A stretch of 62,206 nucleotides of DNA, the filler included, from Nemertoderma westbladi (Eukaryota > Animalia > Xenacoelomorpha), in assembly GCA_032718475.1 (NCBI GenBank). It is 3 parts of 3 records of this genome, joined end to end, with 100 filler letters (N's around TTAATTAATTAA, not from the genome) between each part and the next. Parts side by side here need not be neighbours in the genome. Positions count along the whole stretch, not along the records: positions 1 to 26,755 come from JAUCBJ010003194.1; positions 26,856 to 52,869 come from JAUCBJ010008802.1; 1 more part is not named here. The stretch is one strand, 5' to 3'. The translations under genes were made by a program, and so were the position numbers. The notes under the pieces were generated by a model. It ran no database searches and was not told the DNA's origin. It worked only from the letters and a program-made list of their open reading frames with translations. Shown here in pieces: positions 26,101 to 39,303 of this stretch; the first letter of the stretch is position 1; every line of letters begins with the position of its first letter.

Positions 26101-26565
26101 TTGACGAACAGGGAGTGAAACTGAAAAAACCTAAAGTTGTCCGAAACTGGTGACCCCCCCCCCCCCCCCCCCTCCCCACCCCCTAAGTGGCTGAATACTG
26201 AAATTTTGGTTTTGGATTTTGTATGTTGGTTACTCGAATAATCGAATAATATCTATCTAATAATAATGATCCATATTACATAATTATGTACGCATATTAT
26301 TTTTATAACCCTGCAATAAAGAATACGAATAATATTATTGTCAAATCGATACTATTTGCCGAAATGAGACTTTTTGCTTTTTGCAGAATGTTTTGCAAAG
26401 AAGAAACATTTTTATGCGGATCCAAATAGAAAGAAATGCTGATAGAGTAAAAAGTAGCAGCTAAAAGTGCCATAGCGGCAATCCGAATTGATGATAAAAG
26501 CTGGCTTGTATAGCTAAAGCCAAACAGCTGAGCTATTTATAAATGCAAAATAAATAAATACTAAC
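23163..26565 (-). other. NEK4: NEK4 intron (3.4 kb, GT-AG, phase 1)
   Basis: Donor G|GTTAGT at 26566/26565 and acceptor AG|GA at 23163/23162 join ...TTFI-G-TPYY in frame. Confidence 0.9.
23634..24512. repeat. 39-bp intronic minisatellite, ~22 copies
   Basis: Unit CTACCAAGCTGTCAGTTCACCTCCCTCCACTAC(T/C)CTCGG. Confidence 0.97.
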
Positions 26566-26755
26566 CAATAAACGTAGTGGCCATGTCCTGGGCTCCGCGT
26601 AAAACCCTTGCGATTCCGAGGTCACCGACTTTAATAAGAACACCTTTCGTAAGAAATACGTTCTGAGTTTTGAGATCTCGATGCAGAATGTGACGTTCGT
26701 GAAGGTATTGTAAGGCGATGGCTATCTGAACAAACCACTCCGCTATCTGTTTCTC
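26566..26755 (-). CDS. NEK4: NEK4-like kinase internal exon (catalytic loop), truncated by contig end
   Basis: Manual translation EKQIAEWFVQIAIALQYLHERHILHRDLKTQNVFLTKGVLIKVGDLGIARVLRGAQDMATTFIG. HRDLKTQN and DLGIARVL are NEK4-type. Absent from the ORF track. Confidence 0.93.
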
Positions 26756-26855
26756 NNNNNNNNNNNNNNNNNNNNNNNNNNNNNNNNNNNNNNNNNNNNT
26801 TAATTAATTAANNNNNNNNNNNNNNNNNNNNNNNNNNNNNNNNNNNNNNNNNNNN
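26756..26855. other. Artificial contig linker
   Basis: 44 N + TTAATTAATTAA (stops in all six frames) + 44 N. Confidence 0.97.
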
Positions 26856-29800
26856 CCAACTCGCATGAGACCATTATGCATCACAGCATGGAACTTGTCA
26901 GGGATAAATGTCTGCTGTAAAGTCTGTAACTTATGATATTTCTCCGGAACAGAGCGGAGTTGGATGAAACGCAATAGCTGACGTCTTGTGCTGGCTAAAG
27001 CAAGAGGTTCAGGGTGAGGTATTCCCTTAAATGAAACCATTTTCTTGAGGTTAGGTCTTATGGTTGTGACATTTGTAATATTTTCCTCAGGTAACATGAC
27101 AACCTTCTTATTCTGCTCAGTAATCTTACGAGGGTTTCTACTAAAGTGCCAATGAGCCAGACGCTTCAGCCAGGTGATAGCACGAACTAATTTACCAAAT
27201 GATCTATAATGGTCGATGAAACGAGAGAGAACTGATGAAACTCCATTAGAGATATCTGGAAAAGCCTCATTAGTGGATGAGGGGAAAACTATCTGAAGTA
27301 AATTATCCAGACTGGATATCTTGACCTGCAAAATATTGTCATTACCAGCTCGACTCAACTTTGGCAACTTCTCCTTCAATTCCGCTCCCTTGCCAAGAGT
27401 GACATCTGAAAGTGCAGCGGGCCAACAATTAGAAGACTGTCGAAGAAATTCTGGACCTTGAAACCAAAGATTACTGGATAGGAGTTTATCACCATATAGT
27501 CCACGAGATGCAGCATCAGCAGGATTTATTTCCCCTGGTACGTGTCTCCACTGGTCGACAGAAGAGAATGAAAGGATTGTCTGTACACGATTTGTAACAA
27601 ATATTACAAACTCCACAGTCTCATTATTCAAATACTGAAGAACAAGTGAGGCATCAGTCCAAAAGGTAACCTTGGCCTCTGGCCATGGGAGTTCCTGGTG
27701 TAATGTTTTTGCGAGCTCAATGCCATATACGGCTGCTTGCAGTTCTGCACGAGGAATGGTCAACCTTTTGGATGGCATGATATGTGTCTTGCATCCGAGT
27801 AATGCAGTACGGATTTCCGGTTCATCATTTGCTTCCCAACGAAGGTAGGAAACTGCTCCCATGCCCTCGGAACTGGCATCACTAAAGACATGAAGTTCAA
27901 TTGAAGAAGAAGACTGTAAATTTGGAAGATAATGTCGTGGTAATCGCAGGGTATTCAACTGTTGAAGAGATCCTTCCCACTTATTCCAACGTGTTAGTAA
28001 GTCAAATGGGAGTTTGTCATCCCAATCTAATCCATGGGTCCAAATATCCTTAAGAAGGATTTTACCAGACATGATGACTGGAGCAACCAATCCAAGAGGA
28101 TCAAAGGTGGTGGCTAAGATCGACAGGCAGAGTCGCTTGGTCCTTTCAGAGCCTTCAAATGATTTAACCTTGAAGAAAAGAATATCCTCTGCAGGATCCC
28201 ATCGAATTCCGAGGGCCTTTGTAGTAGGTAATGGATCTACACCAAGTTCAATAGATGCATCCTTTCGCAGTTTATGATCAAAGGATCGCAAGAAATGTTC
28301 ACTGTTACTCGCAAACTTGATCAAATTAAAACCTCCCAAGGCGAGTGTTTGACGAACTTCATGAGCCACAGTAATGGCTTGTTCAATGGTTGGTTGGGAA
28401 TTCATCACGTCATCCATATATATGTCATGAAGCAAGACGCTAGCAGCTTCTGGAGAGTAGAATGGTCTTCCAAACTCATCCTTGCGGTCTTGATTGTCCT
28501 CAACAGTACCAACTACTGCACAACCTGCATTTGAAGGTGAAGATGTAATGCCAAAGGCTTGAGAACACATCTGAAATTCCACTGGTTCTCTAGACATATC
28601 ATTATTCTCCCACCACAAATATCGGAGTGAATCTCTATCCATTGGCTTAACTCGTACTTGCATAAACATTGCCTCTATGTCGGCGATATATGCAATGGCT
28701 GAAATGCGAAAACGGAGAAGAATACCTATGATGTTGCGAAGATAATTTGGTCCAGTCATGAGCTCACTATTAAGTGACATACCACGAAAGACAGCAGCGC
28801 AATCATTAACAACACGTACTTTCCCAGGTTTTTCTGGATTGACCACAAAATGATGAGGGAGGTAGTAGGTCCGCGGAGTAGGTTCAAGTAAAGAATCTGG
28901 GATACGCACAGCCCACCCATTATCTATTAGTTTATCCATTTCAATGTGATACATCTTATTGACCTCAGGACGCGCAAGAAGACGTGATCTCAAAGAATTG
29001 AGCCTACGTAGGGCCAATGGTTTATTATTGATAAGATGAGGTTCAGGTTTTCTCCATAGAAGACCAATCTCATAATGCCCATCAGGCAAAAGTCGACGGG
29101 TAGTTCGCTGAATGTCGGCAGCTCGTCGCTCCTCCACAGAGCTACTCTTCTCTAGGTCTCGTGGCTGAAGTTTCTGGCTATCAAGCCAGCAGGTGACACG
29201 GTAGTCCAATGCCTGTAAGATAAATTTATCATCATCATGCTGCAGGTCTAGCCCAGTATTGACAAGTTGTAGGGTTTCTTCCATCAAAGTGTGGAAACAA
29301 GTATCTGGAAATGCTTCCAAAGAATCATCTTCCTGACTATAATCCTCTAAATGGAGCAACATCTCAGAAGTATCTTCTGGTAATATTTCCTCATCCCAAA
29401 GATTGGCTGAAGATTCTGTATTATCTGATAAAACGTATGATTCTGAAGGTAAGGATGGCCATTGACGCTCTATACAAGTCCTTTTGGATGGTCCTGTAAA
29501 GTACCATCCAAGAAGACATTTTGTAGCTAGGGAATCATACACTTGAGGATTTGATGGCCGCTGCTCAAGCACTATCCGTAACTCTGGGCAGTTACCCCCG
29601 ATAATCATTACTACAGAGGGATCAGGAAGAGAGACTACAGGTATACCAACTTTGGCAGGAAATGGATCTATAGACCAATCATAAACTCTTCCGCAAGTCT
29701 GGCCAAACTTAAGACGAACCATTCGTACCTGATTCAGAGAGGCAGAACAGGAGTCATCAGCCGAACAAATTGTTCCAAAGGCCTTACGAGTCCCAACAAA

Positions 29801-32791
29801 TGATTCTCCAGAAATACCCTTCAAGGTTAGCTGTAAAGCATCAGATTCAGGGAATATACGATCAAAGATAGATTCATCCACAAAGGTGGCAGTGCTCCCA
29901 GTATCAAGAAGAGCATAACATTTATGCTCAACACCATTTCCGACAACTTTAACTGGTAGGATTGGATATTCACGAATACTTCGCTGCTTCTTCAGAAAAG
30001 ATTTGGCAAGAGACGAATCAACCTCCCCAGCTACATATACATCAGCTTCAGTGTCCTTTTCATACATATCCTTGGGTGAATATGAAGCTGACTCATCAAC
30101 GAGTTCTGCAAGAAGAACTGCTACAGCAGTAGATGAACTTGGGTCTCGGCATAATGAAGTATGATGGTGGTGCTTACAAACTTTGCAACTAACAGGAGAG
30201 GTACAGTCACCTACTGTATGTCCAGAGCGAAGACAATTAAAACACAAACTTTGTTTCAAAACGAATTCACGTCGTTGGGTTATATCATCTTTGAGGAAGG
30301 GTTCACATCGAGCTAAATAGTGTGATCCAGTCTTACACCGTGGACACTTGGAAAGACCAGAATAATCTTTGAAGGTCGATGATTTTAATTTTGGGACAGA
30401 GGAACCCAGTTTAGAAGGCATCTGTTGTTTATGATCAAAAACAGCACATGCACTCTCCTCTGCATTACAATCTGCAGATTCATCAGATACAATAATTGTA
30501 GAAGCAGGTAGCGCTGCCTCAACTGCAGGTTTTGGTTTCCAACGGAAAGAAGGCCGTGACTCGATTCTAGGCTGTTGACAGTGTACATTCTTTGTTGTCC
30601 AATAAGAAGTAGATGGTGCACCACTACACTCAGCCAAATCCACTTCAGATTCTAGGAATTTCATGAAATCTGCAAGTTTCTCAGAACGAGGGCTAACTCG
30701 ACAGGAATCAGGGTAGACCAGCCTTTTGACTACCTTGTACCAACGTCCTTCACTAGGTCCATGCAACTTCTGAACTAAAATAGATAAGACAGCAGCATTA
30801 TCGAGCTCATTAACTTGGCCAATTGTAGTGAGCTGAGTTACTATCCTTTCTAATGTATCAAAGTAGGGAATCACATCATGGCTACCTTTAAGGGTAGGGT
30901 AGTTGATTGCTTGCCGGTAAAGAGTTTGTGCAAGCCACCTAGGATTACCGTAACGCTTCTTGAGTTTCTCCCAAGCCCCTTCAAAGCCATTTGGAATCCC
31001 AATATGCTGCTCTACCATAAGGTGCGGCGGACCGGATGTAGCAGATAATAAATAATTAAGATTTTCTAAGGAAGATAACTCTCGACTAAGAACAGTTGAA
31101 GTAAAATATTGAAAAAAGGTAGGCCAGTTCTCTGGCTCTCCTTTAAAGGTAACAAATTTTGGTTGTGGAAGGAACCGACTAATCTCAGCTTGTGAAAGGA
31201 TTCGCATACTTGTTTGTTCTAAAGTTGTATTAAGGTTGGATGGCCGAGTCGTCCATAGTTCTTGGCCAGGATAGGAGGAATGTGCAGGGGGTGCAAATTG
31301 TACCGGCTGTGAAGATTCAGTTACATGATAGGATGGATAGGAATGTCCGTAATCACGTTCTGATCTGTCATACTGGTGCACAGATTCCTCTGGGTGTGTA
31401 AAATGTCTTGATTGGTGGGGTTGGGAGTCAAATGAACCTCTAGATAAAGAAACAGGTGCTGACTGAAATGGTGGATGTCGTGGAGGAGAACTACGAGGTG
31501 GGTGATGATGCAAATTCGAATTAAAGAACTCTTTCCGTGGATAAACTTCACCTTTTTGTGAGGGGGATAATCGTACATCCTGGGAAGGCATCCGAGGCCT
31601 AGTTGGCTGATTTTGAATAATATTTGACTTCGTAGGAACATTATATGGAGGTTTGACCAGACCACTGGCAGGAGGAATCCTCCCCTGTGGGTTAACACCG
31701 GAGATATGGTGATCATCTGGTGCTGAAGTATATAATCGCCGTGTTGGATTAGGGTTAGGTTCCTGAACCCGATAATTACCTCGTTGTTGGAGCTTCAATG
31801 GTGGGAAGGGGTTCACATTGGGATTTAATGGCACACGTGGTGTATGATTTGGTGGTTGAACTGACATTGGCTGTACTGATGGATCCATATTTGCCTTCAT
31901 GGGATTTTGCACCTGTGTAGAGGACAGTAATGGATTGAATTCCAAAGGTTGTGAGACTGGAGATTGACACCTTTGTTCTGATGTGTGGTTGGAATGAGAT
32001 GATGGTGAACTGAGCTCAGTGATTCGCACAGTCTCCCGTTGGGCAATTTCATCCAATGTAGCATTTATCTCCTCTTGCGCTTTTATCTGGGTAGCAGCCT
32101 GCTTTAATTTTAGGTTTGCTAACTTCTTCACTCGTTCCAATTTCTCTGCATCTAATTTGCGCTCAGCCTCGATTCGGGCACGCACTGTAGAACTAGCCTG
32201 ACTCCTCTGGGAATTTGATGAAGTCTGAGAAATACTGTCATCTGGGCAAAGTGTTAAGTCTGCAACCTTATTGACTGAAATATCAACCTGTGGACAATAA
32301 ACTGGTGCTACCAAAGTTTGAAAATGTTCGACTAACTCATTAAACAAAGTATCTGACTGTTCTAGATATAGCCGAAGCGGTTCACGTGCTGATAAAATGG
32401 CAAACCTACGCAATGTATAACTTAGATGCTTCCGTTTGTCTATTATTATTTGAATTTCATCTGGAAACCCCTTAACAGATTCAGGATCCACTTGAGCAGT
32501 TTGATCTTCTAAAATTTTCAGGATCTCATTTACACGACGTGTGAAACGACTAAAAAGACCACCAACCACTCTACGCCAACCTTCCCCTTCTAAAGAAGTG
32601 GTGGAAATACCTAATGCATTCAAACTAGTCAAAATTTCCTTCGAATCTTGGGAAGTACCGGTAGCTCCTCCAAGATAAGAATCTGATTGTGCCTGTGAAA
32701 GGTTACCACTGAGTGTACTATCTTGGTCTACATTCTCCTTGCTTTGTGTAGATTTCATACCTTTCTTACTGTGTGTGGATTGGGTACTCAT
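26856..32791 (-). mobile_element. BEL/Pao LTR retrotransposon gag-pol ORF, uninterrupted, cut by contig end before integrase
   Basis: Gag FKGEPENWPTFF; triple CCHC (CPRC..H..C, CFNC..GH..C, CKVC..HH..C); protease ALLDTGS; RT VRVVNDCA/ADIEAMF/YMDD; RNase H LHVFSDAS/TIPRAEL/NPADAASRG. Confidence 0.96.
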
Positions 32792-34294
32792 TTTATATTA
32801 AATAGGAACAGAATGATATGGTATTATGCTGAGGGAACTGCAGGCTGACAGGTATAAATTTATTTACCAGTAGGCCTATACTGATATAGGCCTATATACA
32901 TTTGTTGTAGGCCTACTGCTGTAACCTGTAGCTGTTACACTTTCAGTAGTACTATCAGACTATTAGACTATCAGACTATGGTAGAAATTTTGGAATTAAA
33001 TTACCGGTACAAATTTATTATAAACTGGGACCGGTATATATATTTATATAATAAATATTGAATTTTCGGAATTTGTAATGAATTAAATTCATAAATTCAC
33101 AGACCAGCAGACAGACACACACCGACTTGGGTGCACTACCACTACAGAACTGCTCCTGTGATCTGCTAGAAGTGAGGAAGATCCCACAACTAACGAACCA
33201 TGGAGACTGCAAAGCTCAACTCTGAACTCTGTCTGTATGCTTGTATGTCAAATACTGTACCGGTATGCCTATATAAAGTATATAGGCCAGATAATTACAG
33301 TAATTACCGGTATATACGGTAGGCCTACTTGATTACAGGTAGGCAGTCTGGCAGTTAGTTTTGTTAGCACCGGTATAACAGTATAACTCTAGTAAGCTAC
33401 CGGTATATACAGATATCAGGATATAACCAGGCCTACGTCATACAAGCTGACAAGTAGTGAAGTAGGGTATATCAGTATATATTGAGATAGATACCATGTA
33501 GCCTACCACCATTTAACAACATATGGCAGTATAGTAACGGTAGGTCTACAAAATATGGAGAAAATTAATTCCAATGCAAATTTTGGGTATAAAAATTATT
33601 AGTAGGCCTAGGCCTAGTGATGCATAGATCTATAGGCCACTATACCGATATAGAACTATACGAATGACAAGCAAAGACTGTGAAAAATTGAAATTCTGAA
33701 ATGTCAAAGTCGATTTTAACAATGTGATTTCTCAGAAGGATGGAACGACTTTGCATGGCTGCGATTACGCAATAAAGGGGGTCATGCTGTCATGGGCGTC
33801 TGGGCGTTGTAACTTGAATTCGAGAAAACTATCTCGCTCACAAACGGATAAATGGTGTCTATAATTGAGGTCAATGAACTTGCTACCTAGGCCTATCTAA
33901 CGTGGGAGGTTATTATGATATCAAGCTTTAATTAGGTTATACCCAAGAGGTTTATAAATAACTCCAAAAACTCACCGGTTTGATAATAATCGGCCCCCAA
34001 CCTAGGAGCTGTCTCCAGTAATAATTATTGTGGTTCAATAATATCGGCAATAGGTCTATAGCAATAAGCACCAACATCAACAACCAAACTGTAGGTCAAC
34101 ATTACAGCATTCAGGCATTAGAAATCTTGGAACTGTGGAATATTGAAATATATCCGAAAGTAGGGCGAGATAACAGTTTGTAGGGGTTTGGACCCTACAA
34201 ACGCTGTGTTTCAGAATTTCAAATGCCCCAATAATCCATCCTTGAGCTGTACACGGTACAGACGGTACACGGTACCGCTATCACAAGTAAAGGT

Positions 34295-34500
34295 TGACTG
34301 ACACGGTCAGACGGGCAATTGAAAGTGATGACTGCAGACTGACACGGTCAGACTGTACAAAGTATGTATATAGTTAATGAATGCAGACTGACACGGTCAG
34401 ACTGTACAAAGTATGTATAAAGTTAATGAATGCAGACTGACACGGTCAGAAGTATGTATAAAGTAATGAATGCAGACTGACACGGTCAGACTGTACAAAG
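34295..34500. repeat. ~49-bp repeats with CTGAC-ACG-GTCAG mini-hairpin
   Basis: TGCAGACTGACACGGTCAGACTGTACAAAGTATGTATA repeated about 4 times. Confidence 0.8.
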
Positions 34501-34689
34501 AAAGTATACATATACAGTATAACTATACTCAAAGTTATAACTGGAGGAAAATACAGTATAAAATGTAGACATTTCATCTCATGTGGTAGGGCAATCTATC
34601 TATAAACAAATTATCTTGGTTTTTTACATCAATGATACTAAAAACACAGCGCCAATTTGCCTGTGGACCAACATCGGCAAACCGCCGTT

Positions 34690-34922
34690 GGTCTACACCA
34701 ACACTAACGTCTCGCAAGTGTACCAGTCTACACCAACAATAACGTCTCGCAGTGTACCAGTCCTACACCAACACTAACGTCTCTCAGTGTACCAGTCCAA
34801 ACCAACACTAACGTCTCTCAGTGTACCAGTCTACATCAACACTAACGTCTCGAAATGTACCAGTCTACACCAACAATAACGTCTCGCTGTGTACCACTCT
34901 ACAGTCTACACCAAGACTAACG
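34690..34922. repeat. ~34-bp tandem repeat, ~6 copies
   Basis: GTCTACACCAACACTAACGTCTCGCAGTGTACCA units. Confidence 0.88.
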
Positions 34923-35659
34923 TCATGCATTGTTGGAAAATTGTAATTCCGTAACGTAATTCCGTAACGTGAAATTGTAATTCCGTAACGCAAATATCTC
35001 GACTTATATATCACATTGCCACAAAAGGATAACAATTGCGTATTGCCCAGCGGTTAGAGGAAGAGAATTTAAAATTTGAATGTCACATATTGAGTAGCTT
35101 AAAAGCTATTTTAAAAAATGTCATGTTTTCGTTACGGAATTACGAAATTCGCAATAGCGTTTTGTTATTTTTTCAAACGAAGTTGATTTCTTTCTAGGAA
35201 ACCAAAATTAATTTATTTCTTATCTACAACCGAGGTTGAACCATCACTCACACAGGCAAACAAACAGACTAGGATTAATGTTATTTATAATGACTGTATT
35301 ATGCCCTTAATTGTAGGTAAAATTCGCACAGAGATTTTGGAAAATGTTAAAAAATGTTCAGTCAATTTCAACTTGCAAGTAGGAGCCCACACATACCGGA
35401 ATTTGCTTCCAATTTCTCATTTCAGATAATTTAGGATATTAGGCATGATATCCAATCATTAAAAAGATTATCCGCGAAGGTTTTTTTATGACCCTCTATG
35501 TCCGTTTATTCATGAACACTACCAAATCTTAAAAAGTTAAAATTTCATAAGCAGGGTCTCATAATTTTGATGAAAAATAAAAGTAGTCCCAGGACAAAAT
35601 TACAAAATTTTTCGTTTTCTAAAAACTAATAGTGTGGCAGTGTTGGCTAGATTTAGTAG

Positions 35660-36460
35660 GTTTTTCAAGACGCTGAATCGAATGTGATTATATTCCACTT
35701 CCAAAAATTGAAGTGGATGCTATTTTTCGTGCACCTAAGAAGTGGGCGTGGCACTTCAAATTTTGAAAAATTAGATATTCAGAAAATGCCCCTAATTTTT
35801 TTATTTCAACGCATCTTTATGGGTTTTCTGGGCCGCTGAATCGATTGAAAGTAATATAGAAGCCTGAAGACTGAGTGGTTCGCCATTTTTGGTGCACCAA
35901 AATTAGGGCGTGGCACTTCAAATTTTGAAAAATACGAGATTCGGAAAATAAACCAAAATTGAAATTTTAACGAATTTATATAGGTTTTCCAGACCGCTGA
36001 ATCGATTGAAAGTAATATAGAAGCCTGAAGACTTAGATGTTAGCCATTTTTTGAAATCAAAACTTTAGTGTTTTTTCCGAATAAAGAAATTTTGAAAATT
36101 TGAAGTGCCACGCCCTAATTTTGGTGCACCGAAAATTACGTACACAAAGGATTTGAGGCTTCTATATTACTTTCAATCGATTCAGCGCTCCAGAAAACCT
36201 ATAAAATTAATTTGAAATCAAAACTTTAGTGAATTTTCCGAATCTCGTATTTTTCAAAATTTGAAGTGCCACGCCCTAATTTTGGTGCACCAAAAATGGC
36301 GAACCACTAAGTCTTCAGGCTTCTATATTACTTTCAATCGATTCAGCGCTCCAGAAAACCTATAGAAATGCTTTGCAAATCAAAACTTTAGTGTATTTTC
36401 CGAATCTCGTATTTTTCAAAATTTGAAGTGCCACGCCCTAATTTTGGTGCTCCAAAAATG
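35660..36460. repeat. Foldback-like palindrome built from ~165-bp units
   Basis: GGGCGTGGCACTTCAAATTTTGAAAA and CGCTGAATCGATTGAAAGTAATATAGAAGCC occur forward in 35670-36030 and reverse-complemented in 36090-36460. Confidence 0.8.
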
Positions 36461-36689
36461 ACGTACCACTACACTTACATACTTGTATAGAGCATTAGAG
36501 TGATCCAAACCAATAAAAATAAATAAAAATAGCCCAAACATAAATAATTACTAAATCGCGAATGACTTTGTCAAATTCGAAAATTTCAAAAAATTTGGTG
36601 CTGGAGACCAAATTTTGAGGTGGCACCCACATCGAAAAGTAGAAATCCAATTGCAACGGCGTTTTTTGTCCCTCCTGGATCCCGTCACA

Positions 36690-37659
36690 TGCTAGGACTA
36701 TAGTCAAGAGATGGTGTGTAATCTTTGTTTGTATGACTTGTAGAGCCATCCATCTCGATATGGTGAACGATTTATCTACCAACAGCTTTCTATTAAGCTT
36801 ACGACGACAGATCGCTCGCTTTGGCACTAGTAACACGATGAGATCTGATAAGGGAACAAACTTCATTGGTGCTAACAATGAAATCAAAGCTTACGTCAAA
36901 GATTGGAACCAAAGACAGGTGGACGACCAACTACGAGTAACAGCGTCTAGTTGGACCTTCAACGCCGCCGACGCCCCTTGGTGGGGAGGAAGTTGGGAGA
37001 GATTAATAAGAAGTGTGAAGACGGCATTTCATTTTATAGTGCCTTGCCGCGCTTATCTCACCGACGAACTTTTGCGGACGTTAATGGAAGAAATCACCGC
37101 CTATCTCAACGAGAGACCGCTTATGCCAGTCTCATCGAGTCCCGATTCCCTGGAGGCGCTAACACCCGCGCACTTCCTACTGAAGAAACCTGTAGCCATG
37201 CTCCCACAATCGGAAATCACAGACGGAGACGAATACTGCCGACAAACTTGGCAACTCATGCAGTTGTTATCCCGTCGTTTCGCTGACCATTTCGAAAAAC
37301 ATTATCTGCCCATGCTACAACTTCGAACTAAGTGGTTTGCGCAGCAAGAAAACGTCAGCGCTGGAGACATGGTTCTTATTGTGGATGTAGATCTTCCACG
37401 TAAGCGGTGGCAGACAGGTCGTATAATCGAGACTCACATCTCGGATGACGGTTTGGTGCGATCGGTAGAACTCGTCGTCATGCGACGTAACTTCAAGAAA
37501 CCGGGAATTGTCTTCGAGACGCAGCAGCTCAATCGCCCAGTTGGTCGCTTATGTTTACTGGAAAGAGACAGAGAACTCTCCGGAAACTATGGGAGACAAG
37601 ATACTCTTCCCATGACCACCTCCCTAATCCAACAAACATCTAGGGACTCCCCAACTTAA
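36690..37659 (+). CDS. BEL/Pao integrase core and C-terminal (DUF5641-like) region, 5'-truncated
   Basis: KRWCVIFVCMTCRAIHLD, RSDKGTNFIG, APWWGGSWERLIRSVK, LNERPL, ALTPAHFL, DGLVRSV. Confidence 0.95.
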
Positions 37660-39303
37660 CAACGGCTGGAGTGGGTGTGTGACCATATTATTTTATATTT
37701 GTATTTGTTTTATTCTTTTATATTTATGTATGTATTATTATGTAATTTTATTTTAATCGTTTTATTTAATTTTATTTAGTAACATGTTATTTTAGCGAAC
37801 ATTTAGTAGATTAGTGCAATATATCCGCATTTATTACGTAATTACTTGTATTATATATTTAGTGCGACGGCGAAAAAAATAATTATTTTTCTCCTTCCTT
37901 ACTGTCCGTATTACATTATAAATACATGACTACAGTAAGATGAAATGTACGTACTTATTAAAGTACAATAAAGCCACTACTATATTCAAGTATTATTGGT
38001 AGGCAGAGTATTAGGAATGCAAAGTTCAGATCCTCGTGTCTCGGCTAAACCAAGCTCTGGGTAGACCTTGGAAACGACTTGCCTCTTCATACTGACATTG
38101 CTTCGTGCTATATTGCTCTCATACCGTATATTAAATAATACATATAGTAGCGTGATGTCCCTTTAACAGTAGCGTATAACGCAAAATAAATCTGTTAAAC
38201 CCTTTGACCATCTGTGATTCTAGTCGATTAAGATATTGCGGCACCCACCGATATACTTGAAAGACAAAATTCTAGAATCAGTGGTTAACGTCCCCAGACA
38301 AGTTCTGGAATAAACTGGTGCCCATCCTAAATATTAATTATTAATATTTACAAAAATCTGTCAAATATCAGATCCTTTAAAATTCTAGTCGATTAAGATA
38401 TCGTAGCACTTACCGATACTCTTAAAAGGACCAAATTCCTCGAACCAAGGATCCCAGTCCCCAGACACGTTCTGGAATAAAATTGTGTCTATTTAACATT
38501 AAATAATAAAATTTACGGGAATAAATTTAAATTCAGATATTTCAATGAATTTAATAAATTGTCATTTTATACAATTTATAACATTCCCAAAATTCCATTA
38601 ATTAATAGATCATGGGAGCGGAGATTCACTCTATTAAGTGTATTTGTGTACGAGAATCTCCAATGTATAGTCAATAGCCGATAAAATTCATAGAATCATG
38701 TATAAAGGGGATATTGACCATTAAAGAATTACTATTAAATAGCATCCCAGATCTGTATGCATGAGAGTTACCCTAATTCTACCGCTAGCTTTCCATAATG
38801 TCACCATGGCAACAACCACGCTAGAATTAGAAGTGAGTTAAAAGAACAATAGAAGGCATGCCCCATTGAATAGCATAGGGAATAAATAGCACACTGCTAG
38901 TATCCAAGGATACATAATAAATACAGTGACATTCTGGAAGGTACTGACTAATGGACAAATGGCCCGAATGTATGCAGTTTGTTGCAGTTGTGTTGAATTT
39001 GTGCGTTTGTAGGTGAATGTTACTACTAAGGTGTGTTTACAGTAGCGAGTCGCAATTGTGAAAGTAACCCTAACTCTCCAAGAAGAACCTGCAGTACATC
39101 TAAGCCTTTGGGACGGACAGTGAAGTGACTTGTGCAGGTTATCGTTGTCGTTGTGTAGCTACATCGTTGGCGAAAGCACAGCGACGACGGTACATCGGCG
39201 CTGAGGATCTTACACTGTCCGAGGGCAAAAGAGGGGTAGGCAGCGACGCCCACTAGCCTAATATATATAAACTCATTATAATATTGATAAACTCATAGCA
39301 GAT

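Noticed and set aside
26566-32791. BEL element inserted into a NEK4 exon
   Set aside because: The two are separated by an artificial linker, so the adjacency is unsupported.
26856-37659. Minus-strand gag-pol and plus-strand integrase as one element
   Set aside because: Opposite orientation, and I found no reverse-complement copy of the 43335-43949 LTR upstream of the gag-pol.
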